Below, in pieces: positions 41,054-54,562 of a stretch of DNA of 64,000 nucleotides. The DNA lies in contig OX597814.1 in the NCBI GenBank assembly GCA_951406725.2, positions 104,718,001 through 104,782,000 of the forward strand. The letters run 5' to 3'. The position numbers and the translations under genes are program-made. Source of the stretch: Octopus vulgaris (lineage: Eukaryota). The first letter of the stretch is position 1; each line of letters begins with the position of its first letter. The notes below the pieces were generated by a model that saw only the letters and a list, made by a program, of their open reading frames with translations, was not told the origin of the DNA and searched no databases.

Positions 41054-42314
41054 TTGGTTCATCCCATAAGTAATGTTTTTTTATACTTCTTTTATTTTCA
41101 AAATTAAGATAAACAAACTTCTTTTTTTAACCTAAAATATACTCTCCTTCATTTTCTACAATGCTATTCAATCTATCTGGTAGACTTGCAAGGCTCCTCT
41201 TCCAAGATACACTTATCCGTGACGAAAAATACTCCTCCAGTACTGTTCTCACCTCGTCTACAGAATTCAGATTTTTTCCATCCAAATGAATTTTGAAGAC
41301 TGCGGAATGAATGATAATCAGATGGGGCACTGTCCGGCGAATATGGTGGGTGGGACATCACTTCCCATTCAAACTCTGCCAGCCTTTGGAATATCATCCT
41401 CGGTGTATGTGGCTGATGGAAGAATACCTTTCGTCTTGAAACCAAAGATGCTCGTTTTTCTTCTAACATTGATTTAAGTAGCTCACATTAGATCTGTTTT
41501 GTTATCGTTTGGCTTGGGTTTAAAAGTACAAAGTGGACTAAACCTTTCATATCCCACCAAACAGATAACAACACTTTACGTGGGTGTAGACTTTCTTTAG
41601 CCTGGGACACCGGCGTTTCTCCTTTCCCAACCCATTGACTTTGGCGCTTGACATTTTTATAGCGAACCAATTTCTCATCACCAGTCACTAATCGGTCCAA
41701 AAAAAAGTTCATTCGTGAGACGAAACAGCAAAGAACAGTACACGGTCACTCTCTGCGCGCGACTAGACTCAGAAAGTTCGTGAGGAATTCATTGGTCCAA
41801 TTTGATGACTTTTCTGATTGCACACTGGTGTTGATGAATGGTGGAATGATCAAATCCAAGCTTCCCTGCTAGTTCCTCAACTGTTAGAACGGGATTTTGC
41901 TCCACCAGGGTTTGCAGGAACTCTCGTCGAGCTCTACAGATCTTCCAGGATGAGGCTCATCTTCTACGCTGTAGTTTTCAGCTCGGAATTTCTAGAACCA
42001 CCGTTGACACTGGCTTACGCTTGTTGTTCGATCCCCATATACCGCTTTAACTCTCACTTTCCGATGCGTTGTTGCCTTTATTGAACTCATGAACCAAAAT
42101 ACGCTGAATATGCTCCTTCGTCACTTCCATCATACCTTTGAAAAAAATAACTGTTAAAATCGAACTGCACTCTTCAAAACTTGCACTAAGAATAAGTACG
42201 CGGTAAAATTATTACTTACTTTTATAGTAAGTTGATGCAGGTAGTTTATGCTGTTCCCTTCCGACTTTTAGTTCATGCAACTGAAAAAATCGCATTATTT
42301 ATGGGATGACCCAA
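41054..42314 (-). mobile_element. Full-length (~1.26 kb) mariner transposon
   Basis: TIRs TTGGTTCATCCCATAAGTAATG / CATTATTTATGGGATGACCCAA; TA TSD. Confidence 0.93.
41127..42133 (-). pseudogene. Mariner (DD34D-type) transposase, disrupted
   Basis: Q*IPHEL (WVPHEL box), FLDRLVTGDEK, KVLLSVWWDMKG, HPPYSPDSAPSDYH; several stops and frameshifts. Confidence 0.92.
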
Positions 42315-44563
42315 TATATAAGGCGAGCTTCTTTCAGTTTCTCTCAGCTAGAATCGAATAAAAATGCTATGTAATAAAATCTTTGAATGCAAGAATCTTG
42401 GTGTAAAAGAAATATGTTATGAAAACAACTGATGTGACGCATTCTCCGAGAGACAAAAGCCAATTTCTGTGAGAAACGATGAAACAGAAAACTTTTGAAG
42501 AAAGAAATATTTTATCAGCCCGATGATATTTAAAACCATAATGGTGACGATTCCCAAAGCGACAATATTTAGGTGGATATTTGAAGAACTTATTGTTCGT
42601 TAATCCATATTTAGATGTCAAAAGAAACAATGGATTACCAAATACGTTGTCGATAATTCAGAACTTTCATAATCACTAGTTTATTTGAGGTTTTCAGTTT
42701 ATTTTCGTTTATTAAACAAATGGAAAGTTAATCTTTCGAAGGAAAGGACTGATTCCTCTGAGAATGATTTCTTGTGAGAGTTTGGTTACATTTGTAGAAT
42801 ACCACAAACATAAAGTGTAAAGCCTTTTGCAAACGACATCATGCAAAACCGAGAACCAGATATGTTCTTTGATCTCCGATTGTCATGGGACTTAACAAGT
42901 TTTTCTACAAATCTTTATTTTATAAAACTGAAAGAATTATTAATAATTCTTACAATTCGCTAAAAATATTAACGAATTTTAAGAACGGAATTAAAGTATT
43001 GATGTTTAACGTCGGCATAAGACCAGATCTGTAGAAGAAAGAAGTGTAATCGATTAAATATCAGTATATTGATTTTAATGTTATCGATTTCGACTGGATG
43101 AAAAGTAAAGTAATCCCCGGTGGTATTTGAACTCAGAAGGTAAGGCAACGCAACTTATAGCTTCAAGGAATTCTCTGCTATTTCAACCAGTCCAGCGTTC
43201 TCTGCGAAATAACAGCATTAACTAAGGCTGCAAGTTGAGTGTTTAGTGGAACAATGCAGGATGTTAAGAGGGAAACTAACGCTCTGGGCGATGAACAGAG
43301 TTGTGTTCATTGGAGTTGATGGAGCATAAGAGGACGGGTGAAATGGAAAGATAAAATCTGAAAGCAGACTGAAACTCCCCACTACTTAATGTTGTTATCT
43401 TGGTTCATTGAAATGAAGATATCTTCTTTATTGTCGGAATTAGTTACGAAATTGGGGTTAATGCAATAAATGTAAAGGAAACGGTTAATTTATGGACCAC
43501 TAAAAGCGAACATAATTGCAATGTATACTGGTTGGGTGTAGTTACCCATACACTGCGCTGCCCCTCCTCCGCCCCCCGCAAACAAGAAAGTCACGCAACA
43601 ACACGTGAAAAGATAATTCAATTCAACACATATATTTATTCAGAGAATTGTTTCAGCTAAAACTGGTCGCTGAAGATTTCTCAGAATCAGAATTAAACAG
43701 TTTTTCTTTCCGGTATGAAATTCATTGATGATTAAACGGCAATTTGCATTATCATAATCTTCAAGGAAGAAATAGCAATGCCATTTCGTATGAATGAATA
43801 AGAAACGTTGTGAGGAGTTAGAAATCCCTTTCGCTGCCTTGAGAAATTAATTCACTGATTGTGAGATAAAGAACGAAAGGTTACCGTTGTATTATCTCTA
43901 AGAAATTCCTCAACCTAGCACGAGCTTGGGAGTTGCTTCAGCAACAACAAACACATACGAAGCACTCTTATTTATATAAGTAAAATGGTTATACAATTAG
44001 ATTTTCTATTCTGGTATAATTATTATGACCAATGAATGTTTTATTTAATATAATTATAAATTATAAAAGTTGTCCAGTAGTTAATCCTTCCTTCGTGACT
44101 CGAAATTAATGCATTCAAACAAATCTGCAACAGGTAAGCTTATGAAGAGTCGATACCACATCTAGTGTCGATTCTTAGTGAAGTACATTTACTTCGTTAA
44201 CACAGTTATGAATTTCAATATATTTCATTACTCATTGTGTTAAATATTGGAATATTATCCCTAAAAGATAAAGAATAACCATTTTCCTTCTCCCTTTTTT
44301 TTCCCCTTCTTTTCCTCCAATTATGCCTTCCTGTAATTATCCTCTCATGCAACCCTTCAGAAACCAGAAAATAATAGGAGCGTTCCTACACATATTTTAA
44401 CAATGAAGTCTAATATATTTTTCTATATATTTCAATTAGGAATGGCAATGACATTTAATACAAACCCTAATGTCCACCTCGCCTTATAAACAGGGCGAAT
44501 GCACTTTTCTACCACGCAATCGGAAACAGCCAAGAGCGAAACTCTGAACAGTGTCAACTTTTG

Positions 44564-44674
<111 letters not shown>

Positions 44675-46108
44675 CCATACACACACACATGCACACATGC
44701 ACACACACACAAGTTTTATTCATATGTATGCGTATGTGTGTGGAGACACACACGTATATACATATATCTATGTATATCTGTTTACATACAGACTCAGGCC
44801 CACAGCAAACACACGCACATTGCTGCAGTGTGCGTATGTGTGTGTCTCTCTCTATGTATATATATATCTATACAGCTTCAAACAGGTCTACATATGTTTC
44901 TACTGCATCGATCAGTAACTGTTGTAATTGCAATCCTACTGTAATACCGGTGCATGTGTGTGTGTATATACAGTTTCTTCATGCATACATACTTATGTAC
45001 ATCCATAATGAGAAACTAATGCGCAGAATCACAGAATTTTTTCCGCAGACAGAGTAAAAGTTATCTGCGACAACCCATGTCCAACACGTGTTAATGGATG
45101 AAACGGTAGCACCAGTGGTTAGTGATGGCTCTCAATCTTAGCTGTTTCACTCCAGAATTAGATTCTTGTGACTTTTCTACCATTACTATTGTCATAAAAT
45201 TCTTCATTTAAACGACATCTTTAGCAACAAGCAAATTTGTGAAGTCATTTTGTTTGTCTCTTCCTGACATCTAGTGGACAAACATCAGGAATTCTAGGTA
45301 AAGAAATACAAAAATAAAAACATGCAAAAAAGAGAAAACAAAAAGCAACAAAATAAAAAAAAAAGCATTGATTATTTCAATCTCAGGATTCATACAAAAA
45401 CAAACAGGGAAGTCTTGAAAGTAATTGAAGAATTGTATGTTGGAAGACGGTTGAGAAATGTGGAATGTTTATAGGTGTAAAGGGGGATGGAGTGTAAAGG
45501 GAAGGCTGAACATATTTGAAGGAGTCACAGGAAAAAATGAAGACAATTAGATTCAGATGTTCCGTTGGAGAATGTTTGCTGGTTATGGATGAATGTCTGG
45601 TAACAAGCGAATAGTGAGGGAGAGAAAGATAAAGAGAGAGCAAGAGAAGGAGAAAGCGGGACAGAGTGAGAGTAGGGAGAGAGAGAGAAAAAAGAGATAT
45701 GTAACACACACCATCATGGTTGATTCAACAGGCATTTGGAGAGATCGCAGCCTCTTTCGATAAATCATACATGTACAGAGAAAGAGGGAGAGAAATAGAT
45801 AAATAGATAGATGGAGAACGAGAGAGAGGAGAGAGAGAGCGAAAAAAAGACAAACATGAGCGAAAGTACACATACTCATAAAGGGACACAGGCACACACT
45901 TACAAAGACACACAAACACACATGCAAAAGGACACACGCACAGACACAGAAAGAGACACGCAAACACATGGAAAGGGTAGAGGGAAAGGGAGCGTAAAGT
46001 TGAGATTTCCTTATAGAAAAATCACTAAAATGCCAAGAAATGTTATGTGGATGCACAAGCATGTACATGTGTGATTACCAATGTGTGCATATGCGTGTTT
46101 CACCAGTA

Positions 46109-46171
<63 letters not shown>

Positions 46172-46490
46172 ATGTATAAAATGGAACAAAATCGCAATGG
46201 CAGACGTTAAAACATTCGGACAGACAGACGATACAAAGGCGGACAAGAGAAACAACAATTAGAAGGACAGGCAAAAAGAGAGACGGGTCATTCGTGGTTT
46301 TCTTTCTTCATTCAAGTTCCAGAAGTCACGACCATTTTGGGCAGTTACACTTGAGATGGTTCGATCTGGCTGTCCCCCAAAAAGTCTAAGCTAAGAGCAT
46401 TAGACCCCTTTGTAAGTAAGCTACAAACAAAAAAGCAAAAAACGGAGACCATGTTACACACACATATATATATAGATTTGTTAACAGTTT

Positions 46491-47006
46491 TTGTTAATAC
46501 TTTTCCCGCTGGATTGCGTGCTCGTTTCTCTTTTTGCCGTCTGTGATTATATTTTTCATCTTCCATACGATAGATCGTTAGCCACTACACACATTTTTTT
46601 CTCTCCTTGTTTCGCTCCTTGTTTTTTTCTTTCTGTGTCCTTTTCTGTAGAAGAGCATAGGCTCGAAACGTAAAAGACTTTTTCTATTCCTGAGCGTTAT
46701 ACTAATACATCTGTTTGCTTTGTACACCACCTGTCTTCGTCTTGTTAATACTTTTCCCGCTGGATTGCGTGCTCGTTTCTCTTTTTGCCATCTGTGAGTA
46801 TATTTTTCATCTTCCATACGATAGATCGTTAGCCACTACACACATTTTTTCTCTCCTTGTTTTTTTTCTTTCTGTGTCCCTTTGTTTAGAAGAGCGTAGG
46901 CTCGAAACGTAAAAGACTTTTTCTATTCCTGAGCGTTATACTAATACATCTGTTTGCTTTGTACACCACTTGTCTTCGTCTCTTGTTGTTTTCGTAAACT
47001 CTCCCC
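46491..47006 (+). repeat. Tandem duplication of a ~250-bp unit, each with a hammerhead-like motif; probable Penelope-like pseudo-LTRs
   Basis: Units start TTGTTAATACTTTTCCCGCTGG at 46491 and 46742; each has GAAGAGC.TAGGCTCGAAACGTAAAAGAC; ends at (TA)n. Confidence 0.8.
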
Positions 47007-47249
47007 ATATATATATATATGTGTGTATGTGTGTGCGTGTGTGTTTGTATGCATGTATGTATATATGTATGTATGTATATGTATGTGTGTATGTATTTAT
47101 GTATGTGTGTGTGTGTGACTTTACTGTATGTGCATTTTTGTGTGGTTATCGCTGTGCGTAGGAATATATGCATTTACCCGCATGTGTGCATGTTTAGGTT
47201 TCAATATAATTTCCATGGACCAGTAACTACGAGTTTAATAATACTTTTA

Positions 47250-47443
47250 ATTTGGCACAAGTCCGGGGTAGGGGTAAGTCGATTAAATCGACCCCCGTCT
47301 TCAACTGCTACGTATTTTGTCGTTCTCGAAAGGATGAAAGGCACAGTCGACCTCGACGGAATTTGAACTCAGAATGTAAGGACGGACGAAATGCTGCTGA
47401 GCATTTTGTCCGGCGTGCTAACGATTCTGCCAGTTCGCCGCCT
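47250..47443 (-). mobile_element. SINE family A
   Basis: GAAAGGATGAAAGGCACAGTCGACCTCGACGGAATTTGAACTCAGAATG..GATTCTGCCAGTTCGCCGCCTT. Confidence 0.85.
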
Positions 47444-48692
47444 TAGCTATGTATTTAACGACTGTGATGTCGCGAATCTCCCCTTTTCTTCCTCTTTATC
47501 TTATTTCTGCCAAGTTCTTTTCTCTTGTCTCCTTAGCATCGTTCAATTTTATTTGATCGGATTCATTTTCCCGGTTATTCCTCCCTTCCTAATCATGTCC
47601 AATCAACGAGATACATAATGAAACTTCTCCTTTCTGCAGTCCATGGTTTCATTGTCATATCATTGCTGTCTGTAGGTTTTCCTCTACTCTACATACCACC
47701 ATCTTATAGATAATCAGTTGATTGTCGATTTCATGTTCAAACGTTGGCTGAGCATTTAGCAGCCAAAGACATAATTTCCTCATGTAATATCAATACTTCC
47801 CATCTGATGATTTTATAGCTGGATGCTTGTTTTCTTTCATCAAGATAGAAATTACACTTAGTTATAAATATAACCCTATTTTCTGCGCCATTTCTATTTA
47901 CTTAATCTTTCCCTAAACCTCTTATGCTTTTCATTTAAATTACTTGTGCTATTAACCTCGACACCATTTTTCTTCTTTTTTTTGTTGTTATTTTTCTTCC
48001 GAGTCCCCTATTCAGAGAATATCACATGTAACATGAAATTGGGTTGGGTCGCATTCTCCTGCTTCCAATCTTTCTGACACAGAATATTGGTTAATTCTTT
48101 TATACATGCAACGAAGAATCTACACAAAGAAGCGCAGTATTTGCGACTGTTTGCGAGGTCTACATTAGCTTAAGTTGTCGATTAAAACTGATTCACATCG
48201 CGTTGTTCCTTTAACACATCGAAGCCTGTTCTGAGCTGTTTCGAAAGAAAAGCATTCTGATAATCAATCAATACCAGGCAAAGATAACAATTGTAGTTTG
48301 TTGTTTTCTCAATCAGTTGGTTCCACCGCGTAAAATGATCGATAGCAGTGGATAGAATTAAGTCTGTTTAATCTTGTTATTGTTATTTCTCCTCTCTATG
48401 GTGGCGTTCCTATATTAATTAGTCGTCAGATAATATCTTTTAGGAAATTATAAAAAGTAAACAATAATCTCCAGAAAATTAAATCACAGGGATATCGATA
48501 ACCATAAGAATTCGAAGATACATGGCATAATCAATAATCTAAGTAATCATTTAACTAGTCATAATACCAACTTTAGTTATTCTTTCTGCTGTAGGTACTA
48601 AGATTGGTATTTGTATTAAGGGAAGAACAAGTCCATTACATCGGCCGCTAAGCATTTTACCCGGGATGCTAACGATTCTGCTCACTCGCCGC

Positions 48693-48751
<59 letters not shown>

Positions 48752-48765
48752 TAATAATAATAATA

Positions 48766-48827
<62 letters not shown>

Positions 48828-48837
48828 AATAATAATG

Positions 48838-48877
<40 letters not shown>

Positions 48878-48878
48878 C

Positions 48879-48930
<52 letters not shown>

Positions 48931-48941
48931 GTAATAATAAT

Positions 48942-49054
48942 CATGGCTTCTGATCTTAACTGATTGGAAGTGTTATCATGTACATTGTTTTGTCTTGGTA
49001 TAAAAGATGGGCTACCCCAGTGTCACTTTGATGGCATGCACTGCTCTCTCACTC
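48942..49054 (+). mobile_element. Internally deleted copy of the ~550-bp (AAT)n-associated element
   Basis: Reverse complement of both ends of 8786-9334 joined at GGGCTAC|CCCAGTG; embedded in (AAT)n. Confidence 0.85.
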
Positions 49055-49106
49055 AATGATAATAATAATAATAGTAATAATAATAATAATAACCATCATC
49101 ATCATC

Positions 49107-49151
<45 letters not shown>

Positions 49152-49796
49152 CGAGAAATTGTCTCGATAATCGCCGTTAGAATGTTGCTGTTGTTCATTT
49201 TGTCGATTATGTGAAATCTCAGTGAACTTCTGTGGAATTTCATCGTCGATCTTATGTCAGTCGTAAACAAAGTAGCGTTTATGGCGTGCTTTGATAAACT
49301 CTCTCCTTCGTGGAACTGAGTATAAAATATTTACGTTTTTCTGTGAATTTTCTCCCTTCGCACCGATATGATTTTATGGACGGTGAATGCAAAGTCCGAC
49401 GTTTAGTTACATTTCATTGGTATCAAACCGTTTCATTCTCCTTCATCATAAAAATATAAATAGGGCTTCGTGCTGACCAAAATGGTAGGTTGACGGTTCA
49501 AGTACTCTGCGGCATTTCTGCTAATTCTTCTTGGTTCTGAGTTCGAATCCCACCAGGAATCAAATTTAAATATTAAAAAGAAACAAGACAACAGGTTAAA
49601 TATTTTAAGTTCATTCTTTTTAGATCTGAGTTTAAATACCATGAGGACTTTACAGAATATGTAAGTGCCAGTTATAAGCAAATTGGTCCTATCGTCAGTA
49701 ACTACTCCTTTTAAAAAATAAAAAAGAAATGACATTTTTGTCTACGCATAAAATCTCTACTAAAATAAATGGATTTAAAATGTTTTGTATATCAGA

Positions 49797-49960
49797 GACG
49801 CAGTCATGGCTAAGTGGTTAAGAAGCTCACAATGCAATCACATGCGTCTGAGTTCAGTTCCAGAGAGCAGCATCTTCGGCCAGTGTCTTCTACTCCATAC
49901 CAGACCAGACAAGTGTCTTGAGAGTGAATTTGGTAGACAGAAAGGGTGCGGAGGCCCGAT
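49797..49960 (+). mobile_element. SINE family B head
   Basis: TGGCTAAGTGGTTAAG A-box, GAGTTCAGTTCC B-box, GAGTGAATTTGGTAGACAGAAA. Confidence 0.7.
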
Positions 49961-50080
49961 ATGCATATATATGCGTATATCTTTTGTGGAGCAGTGGATC
50001 TCGAAGCACAATACTATAGACAATAATATGTAAACAGGTTGAAAAAACTAATATATATATATGTATGTATATATGTTCAT

Positions 50081-50129
<49 letters not shown>

Positions 50130-50135
50130 GTAGAA

Positions 50136-50268
50136 GAAAAACTAAGGCAGAACGTGTGTCTCAAGTAATTTAGACTAATTTAATTCGGGTTAAAGTGAAT
50201 TCAAATCCATCTTACCCTAATTAAATTATTTTAAGTGGCTTGAGATACTCGATCTGCCTTGGTTTTCC
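50136..50268. repeat. Long imperfect hairpin (~63-bp arms), MITE/foldback-like
   Basis: GAAAAACTAAGGCAGAACGTGTGTCTCAAG.. pairs with ..CTTGAGATACTCGATCTGCCTTGGTTTTCC. Confidence 0.75.
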
Positions 50269-50636
50269 CTTTTCCTCTAAGATTGTCCCTGCTATAACGG
50301 AACCTTAACACAGATCCCTAGATCCAACCTTAGCCTACTATAACACTTACTCAGCGTACCTATGCGTTTAGATCATAAGTGATCAGGATGCAAGAGGTAG
50401 GTAAATCTATAATTCAATGGAATGGCCTTAACACGGATCCCTACATCCAACCTTAGCCTACTATAACTGACCGAAGACTTTGTTTTCGTTATTTTTCCTT
50501 CTTTTTTCATATGTGAGTTACAAGTAAATGTTATATGTGGAGCTATATTTGTAGAAAACAGGAATAAACGATCTTTGACTGCTATTTCTAAATTTTCGGT
50601 ATGTGGCTAAGCAACTTGTTGCTTAACCCTATCTAT

Positions 50637-50696
<60 letters not shown>

Positions 50697-50699
50697 GTA

Positions 50700-50795
<96 letters not shown>

Positions 50796-51524
50796 CAGTC
50801 ATTCAATCAATCTACCTAACTATATACACATGTATATAGTATGTAGGTGTGAATGTCTTTGTGTATGTTCCCACACATCTTGACAAGCGGTGTTGGTTTG
50901 TTTACGTTCCTAACTTAGGATTCGGCAAAAGCAGCCGATAGAATAAGTATAAAAAAAAGACCACGGGCAGTGATTTGTTCAACTAAATTGTTGCAAGCGG
51001 TGCCCCTGCATGGCCGCTATCCCTTCACTAAACCAAGAAGATGAATGAAAGGGAGATCTGAGGTGACGCCACGACCTTGACTAGTAATTAGGGATCTGTC
51101 AATTCACCGCGTATCTTGCTAACACAAATATGAACAACTGTACTTCTGTTAAGCAGAAGACATTCGACTTATATAAGAAACAAATCGATATTACAATAGA
51201 AAGATATCAAAATTGATTTTTCACAATGTCATGTTAGAAATAGAAATAAATATTTCCTACGATTCTTCAAAAGAAACCAAAGAAAGCAAAACACAAAATT
51301 TCCGAGTTTATTTTTAGCTCTCCTTTCGTTGTTCTGTCTTAGATTTCCAATTTCTTCAACGAAGATTATGTACCACTTGAGATTGGAAGTAACTTGAATT
51401 GACAACTGTCGCTTAATATGTAAGTCTATCCAGCCTGTGAAAACATACGCCGCCAGGAATTGCCGGAGCTGTAAATTAATATTTAGTCACGCATATATTT
51501 ATGTTCCTATATAAACATGCTTAC

Positions 51525-51625
<101 letters not shown>

Positions 51626-51694
51626 GTGGATGCGTGTGTGTACATTTATGCATATACTGATATATGTATATCTGTTTATCTATCTCTCTATCTA

Positions 51695-51753
<59 letters not shown>

Positions 51754-51777
51754 TCACATATATATGTATGCACATGC

Positions 51778-51832
<55 letters not shown>

Positions 51833-51835
51833 GTA

Positions 51836-52599
51836 CGAGGTCTGATCAATAAGTATCCGCGCTGTTGCCATACTAACGACGTAAACTCGGCTGTACATGC
51901 GCACTAAGTTTTAACGTTCTAGCTCACTTCCGTTATTTACAGCAGTGCTTGGAAGGAATAGGTGTAGCCTGTGATCGTCACAGTGACTATGACACAGAAA
52001 GTTGTCATGCCGATGTCTCTTCAAAAGCCGACGCAAAATTGCAGAAAGAGTATGGAGAGGAGTGTAGGAGCCTCTAACTATTGTACGAGTGGTTCACACG
52101 TTTCCAAGATGGCCGAAAAATATCGATATTGACGAACGTTCTGAGAAGGCTGCAGCCAGCAGAACTGAGCAAACTATCGCAGATGTGTGTGCGGCTGTGA
52201 AGGGAAATCGTCGAATCACCATCCGTGAGTTATTAGAGGATGTGCAGAATAGGTACGGTTCAGTTCAGTCTATTATCACTGAGGACTTGGGTATGAAACG
52301 CGTGCAGCTAAGTTTGTGCCAAAACTGCTTTAGCTGATCAAAACGACACTCGGGTTTTAATTGCACAAGATCTCCTTCATTGTGTTAAGAACGATGAAAT
52401 CTGTTTGAAACTTTGCTTAGGCCTCAGAGCAGGTATCGCCAAGCTTTTGGCAACATTTGATACAGATTCCCTGCTTAACTTTCTTCTGTCTTTGTCAATG
52501 CGACGATCGCACGCTACCCACTTTGGTTCCAAGCACTGCTGTAAACAGCAGAAGTGAGCTATAGCGTTAAAACTTAGTGCGCATGCACACCGGAGTTTA
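51836..52599 (+). mobile_element. Rearranged mariner derivative: 5' end plus N-terminal transposase fragment, then an inverted second 5' end
   Basis: TA-CGAGGTCTGATCAATAAGTATCCG terminus; NRRITIRELLED..SVQSIITEDLGMKRV (mariner HTH); 51882-52002 is the inverse of ~52477-52599. Confidence 0.8.
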
Positions 52600-53102
52600 G
52601 GGACCATCTGTGTGTGTGTATGTGTACGTGCGTATATATGTACAATTCTCAAATTCTAAACATTTAAATAGAATCCATTATCTGTTGTAGAATTCTACCA
52701 AAGAACTCATTAATGGAATAATTTAGAACAACATAAATTTATGCTTTGCTATGCACCATAAATAAAAGCAAATCTATTAAAATGGATATTTTATAGGGAA
52801 GTGGGGCCTCCGTATTTATCGTAGGTGGATGTATTCAGCACAAATCGAACAGTCTTCGGCCGGAGAAAAATGAAAAGGTTTTTGTATTGAACTAAGCTGC
52901 ATGAATTATACGGAACGGATTACGGTTAGGTGTGAAGTGTAAATGCTGATAATGCATAGAAATTCAAATGTATTCTCTTTGTTCGTCCCTCAATCGACAG
53001 CAAAGCGTATTAACAAATTTATGTTTAACCTATCTTTGGAACTATAAATTATATATCTATATCTATATATATATATATGCGTGCGTGTATGTATGTGTGT
53101 GT

Positions 53103-53169
<67 letters not shown>

Positions 53170-53625
53170 GCTCAAAATATTACAAGAATATATTTACTGT
53201 TATAGAATTCCGCCAAAGAACTCCATAAACCAGTAAAGTAACTTGGAGCGAAATAAATTGATGGAATGTTTTGTGTTGTAAGTGAATTGCGAACGACTTT
53301 TGGTGAACTTAGATAAATCTTGTTAGGAATTTATGTTGGTGTATTCTTTCTTATGCAGCACTGAATATGAACTCGTGGCTATCTACCACTTGAAAAGTGG
53401 CATTTAAGGAAGTCAACTGGTGCAGGAACTACAGGTAATTATCACTGGCGGAGCTGGTGTGTAACTATTACGTAGAAGAATAACATAGAAGAATAGAAGA
53501 AGATGACAATTTCAGAATAGCACATGTTCAACATTTGTATCTATTGTTTCGGTACCCTTCCGCTCAGAACCAAATAACATAGAAGTAGTCATTCACGACA
53601 GATTACATTAATATATAAGTTTACC

Positions 53626-54025
53626 AAGGCGACGAGCTGGCAGAAACGTTAGCACGCCGAGCGAAATGCGTAGCCGTATTTCGTCTGCCGCTACATTTTG
53701 AGTTCAAAATGCGCTGAGGACGACTTTGCCTTTCATCGTTTCGGGGTCGATAAATTAAGTACCAGTTACGCACTGGGATCGATATAATCAACTTAGTCCG
53801 TTTGTCTGTCCTTGTTTGTCCTCTCTGTGTTTAGCTCCTTGTGGGTAGTAAAGAAATAGGTATTTCATCAGTCTTTACGTTCTGAGTTCAAATTCCGCCG
53901 AGGTAGACTTTGCCTTTCATCGTTTCGGGGTCGATAAATTAAGTACCAGTTACGCACTGAGGTCGATCTAACCGACTGGCCCCTCTCCCAAAATTTCGGG
54001 CCTTGTGCCTAAAGTACAAAAGAAT
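53626..54025 (+). mobile_element. SINE family A dimer
   Basis: Complete head AAGGCGACGAGCTGGCAGAAACGTTAGC; two cores; junction AAAGAAATAGGTATTTC as at ~145-160. Confidence 0.9.
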
Positions 54026-54139
54026 ATATAAATTTACTCATAGTTGAATAACACGGTCGGGCACCTCACATGACACTATCGAATTTCTTTCTTTCTCTCT
54101 CTCTCTCTCTCTCTCTCCCTCTCACTCTCGCTATGTAAG

Positions 54140-54213
<74 letters not shown>

Positions 54214-54231
54214 GGGAAATTAAATGTTATA

Positions 54232-54291
54232 GAGTGACGATTGGTTTCGCACCTATAAAGCGCTTTGCAATGTAGGTGACTCATCAGACTC
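54232..54291 (-). ncRNA. Minimal type-I hammerhead ribozyme
   Basis: Minus: GAGT-CTGATGA-GTCACCTA...TAGGTGC-GAAAC-CAATC-GTC-ACTC. Confidence 0.8.
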
Positions 54292-54416
54292 AAATGGTCG
54301 AAGGTGCATAACCAATGGTCACTCTGTGACTGGACATAACATTTAACTTCATGAAAAATATATTGCTACTCTAATGCTTTAGAGTATGCTTCTCTTTCGG
54401 ATAAATGACACATTGG

Positions 54417-54477
<61 letters not shown>

Positions 54478-54514
54478 TAATTTACTGTGGTTAACCCCGA
54501 ATCAACCCGGGACC

Positions 54515-54562
<48 letters not shown>

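Noticed and set aside
52645-53262. Diverged ~100-bp direct repeat (TAGAATTC..CCAAAGAACTC) at ~52690 and ~53200
   Set aside because: Looks like an ordinary old local duplication with no terminal or functional signature
53359-53434. Possible exon with good AG/GT sites
   Set aside because: Stop codons in all three frames and no other support
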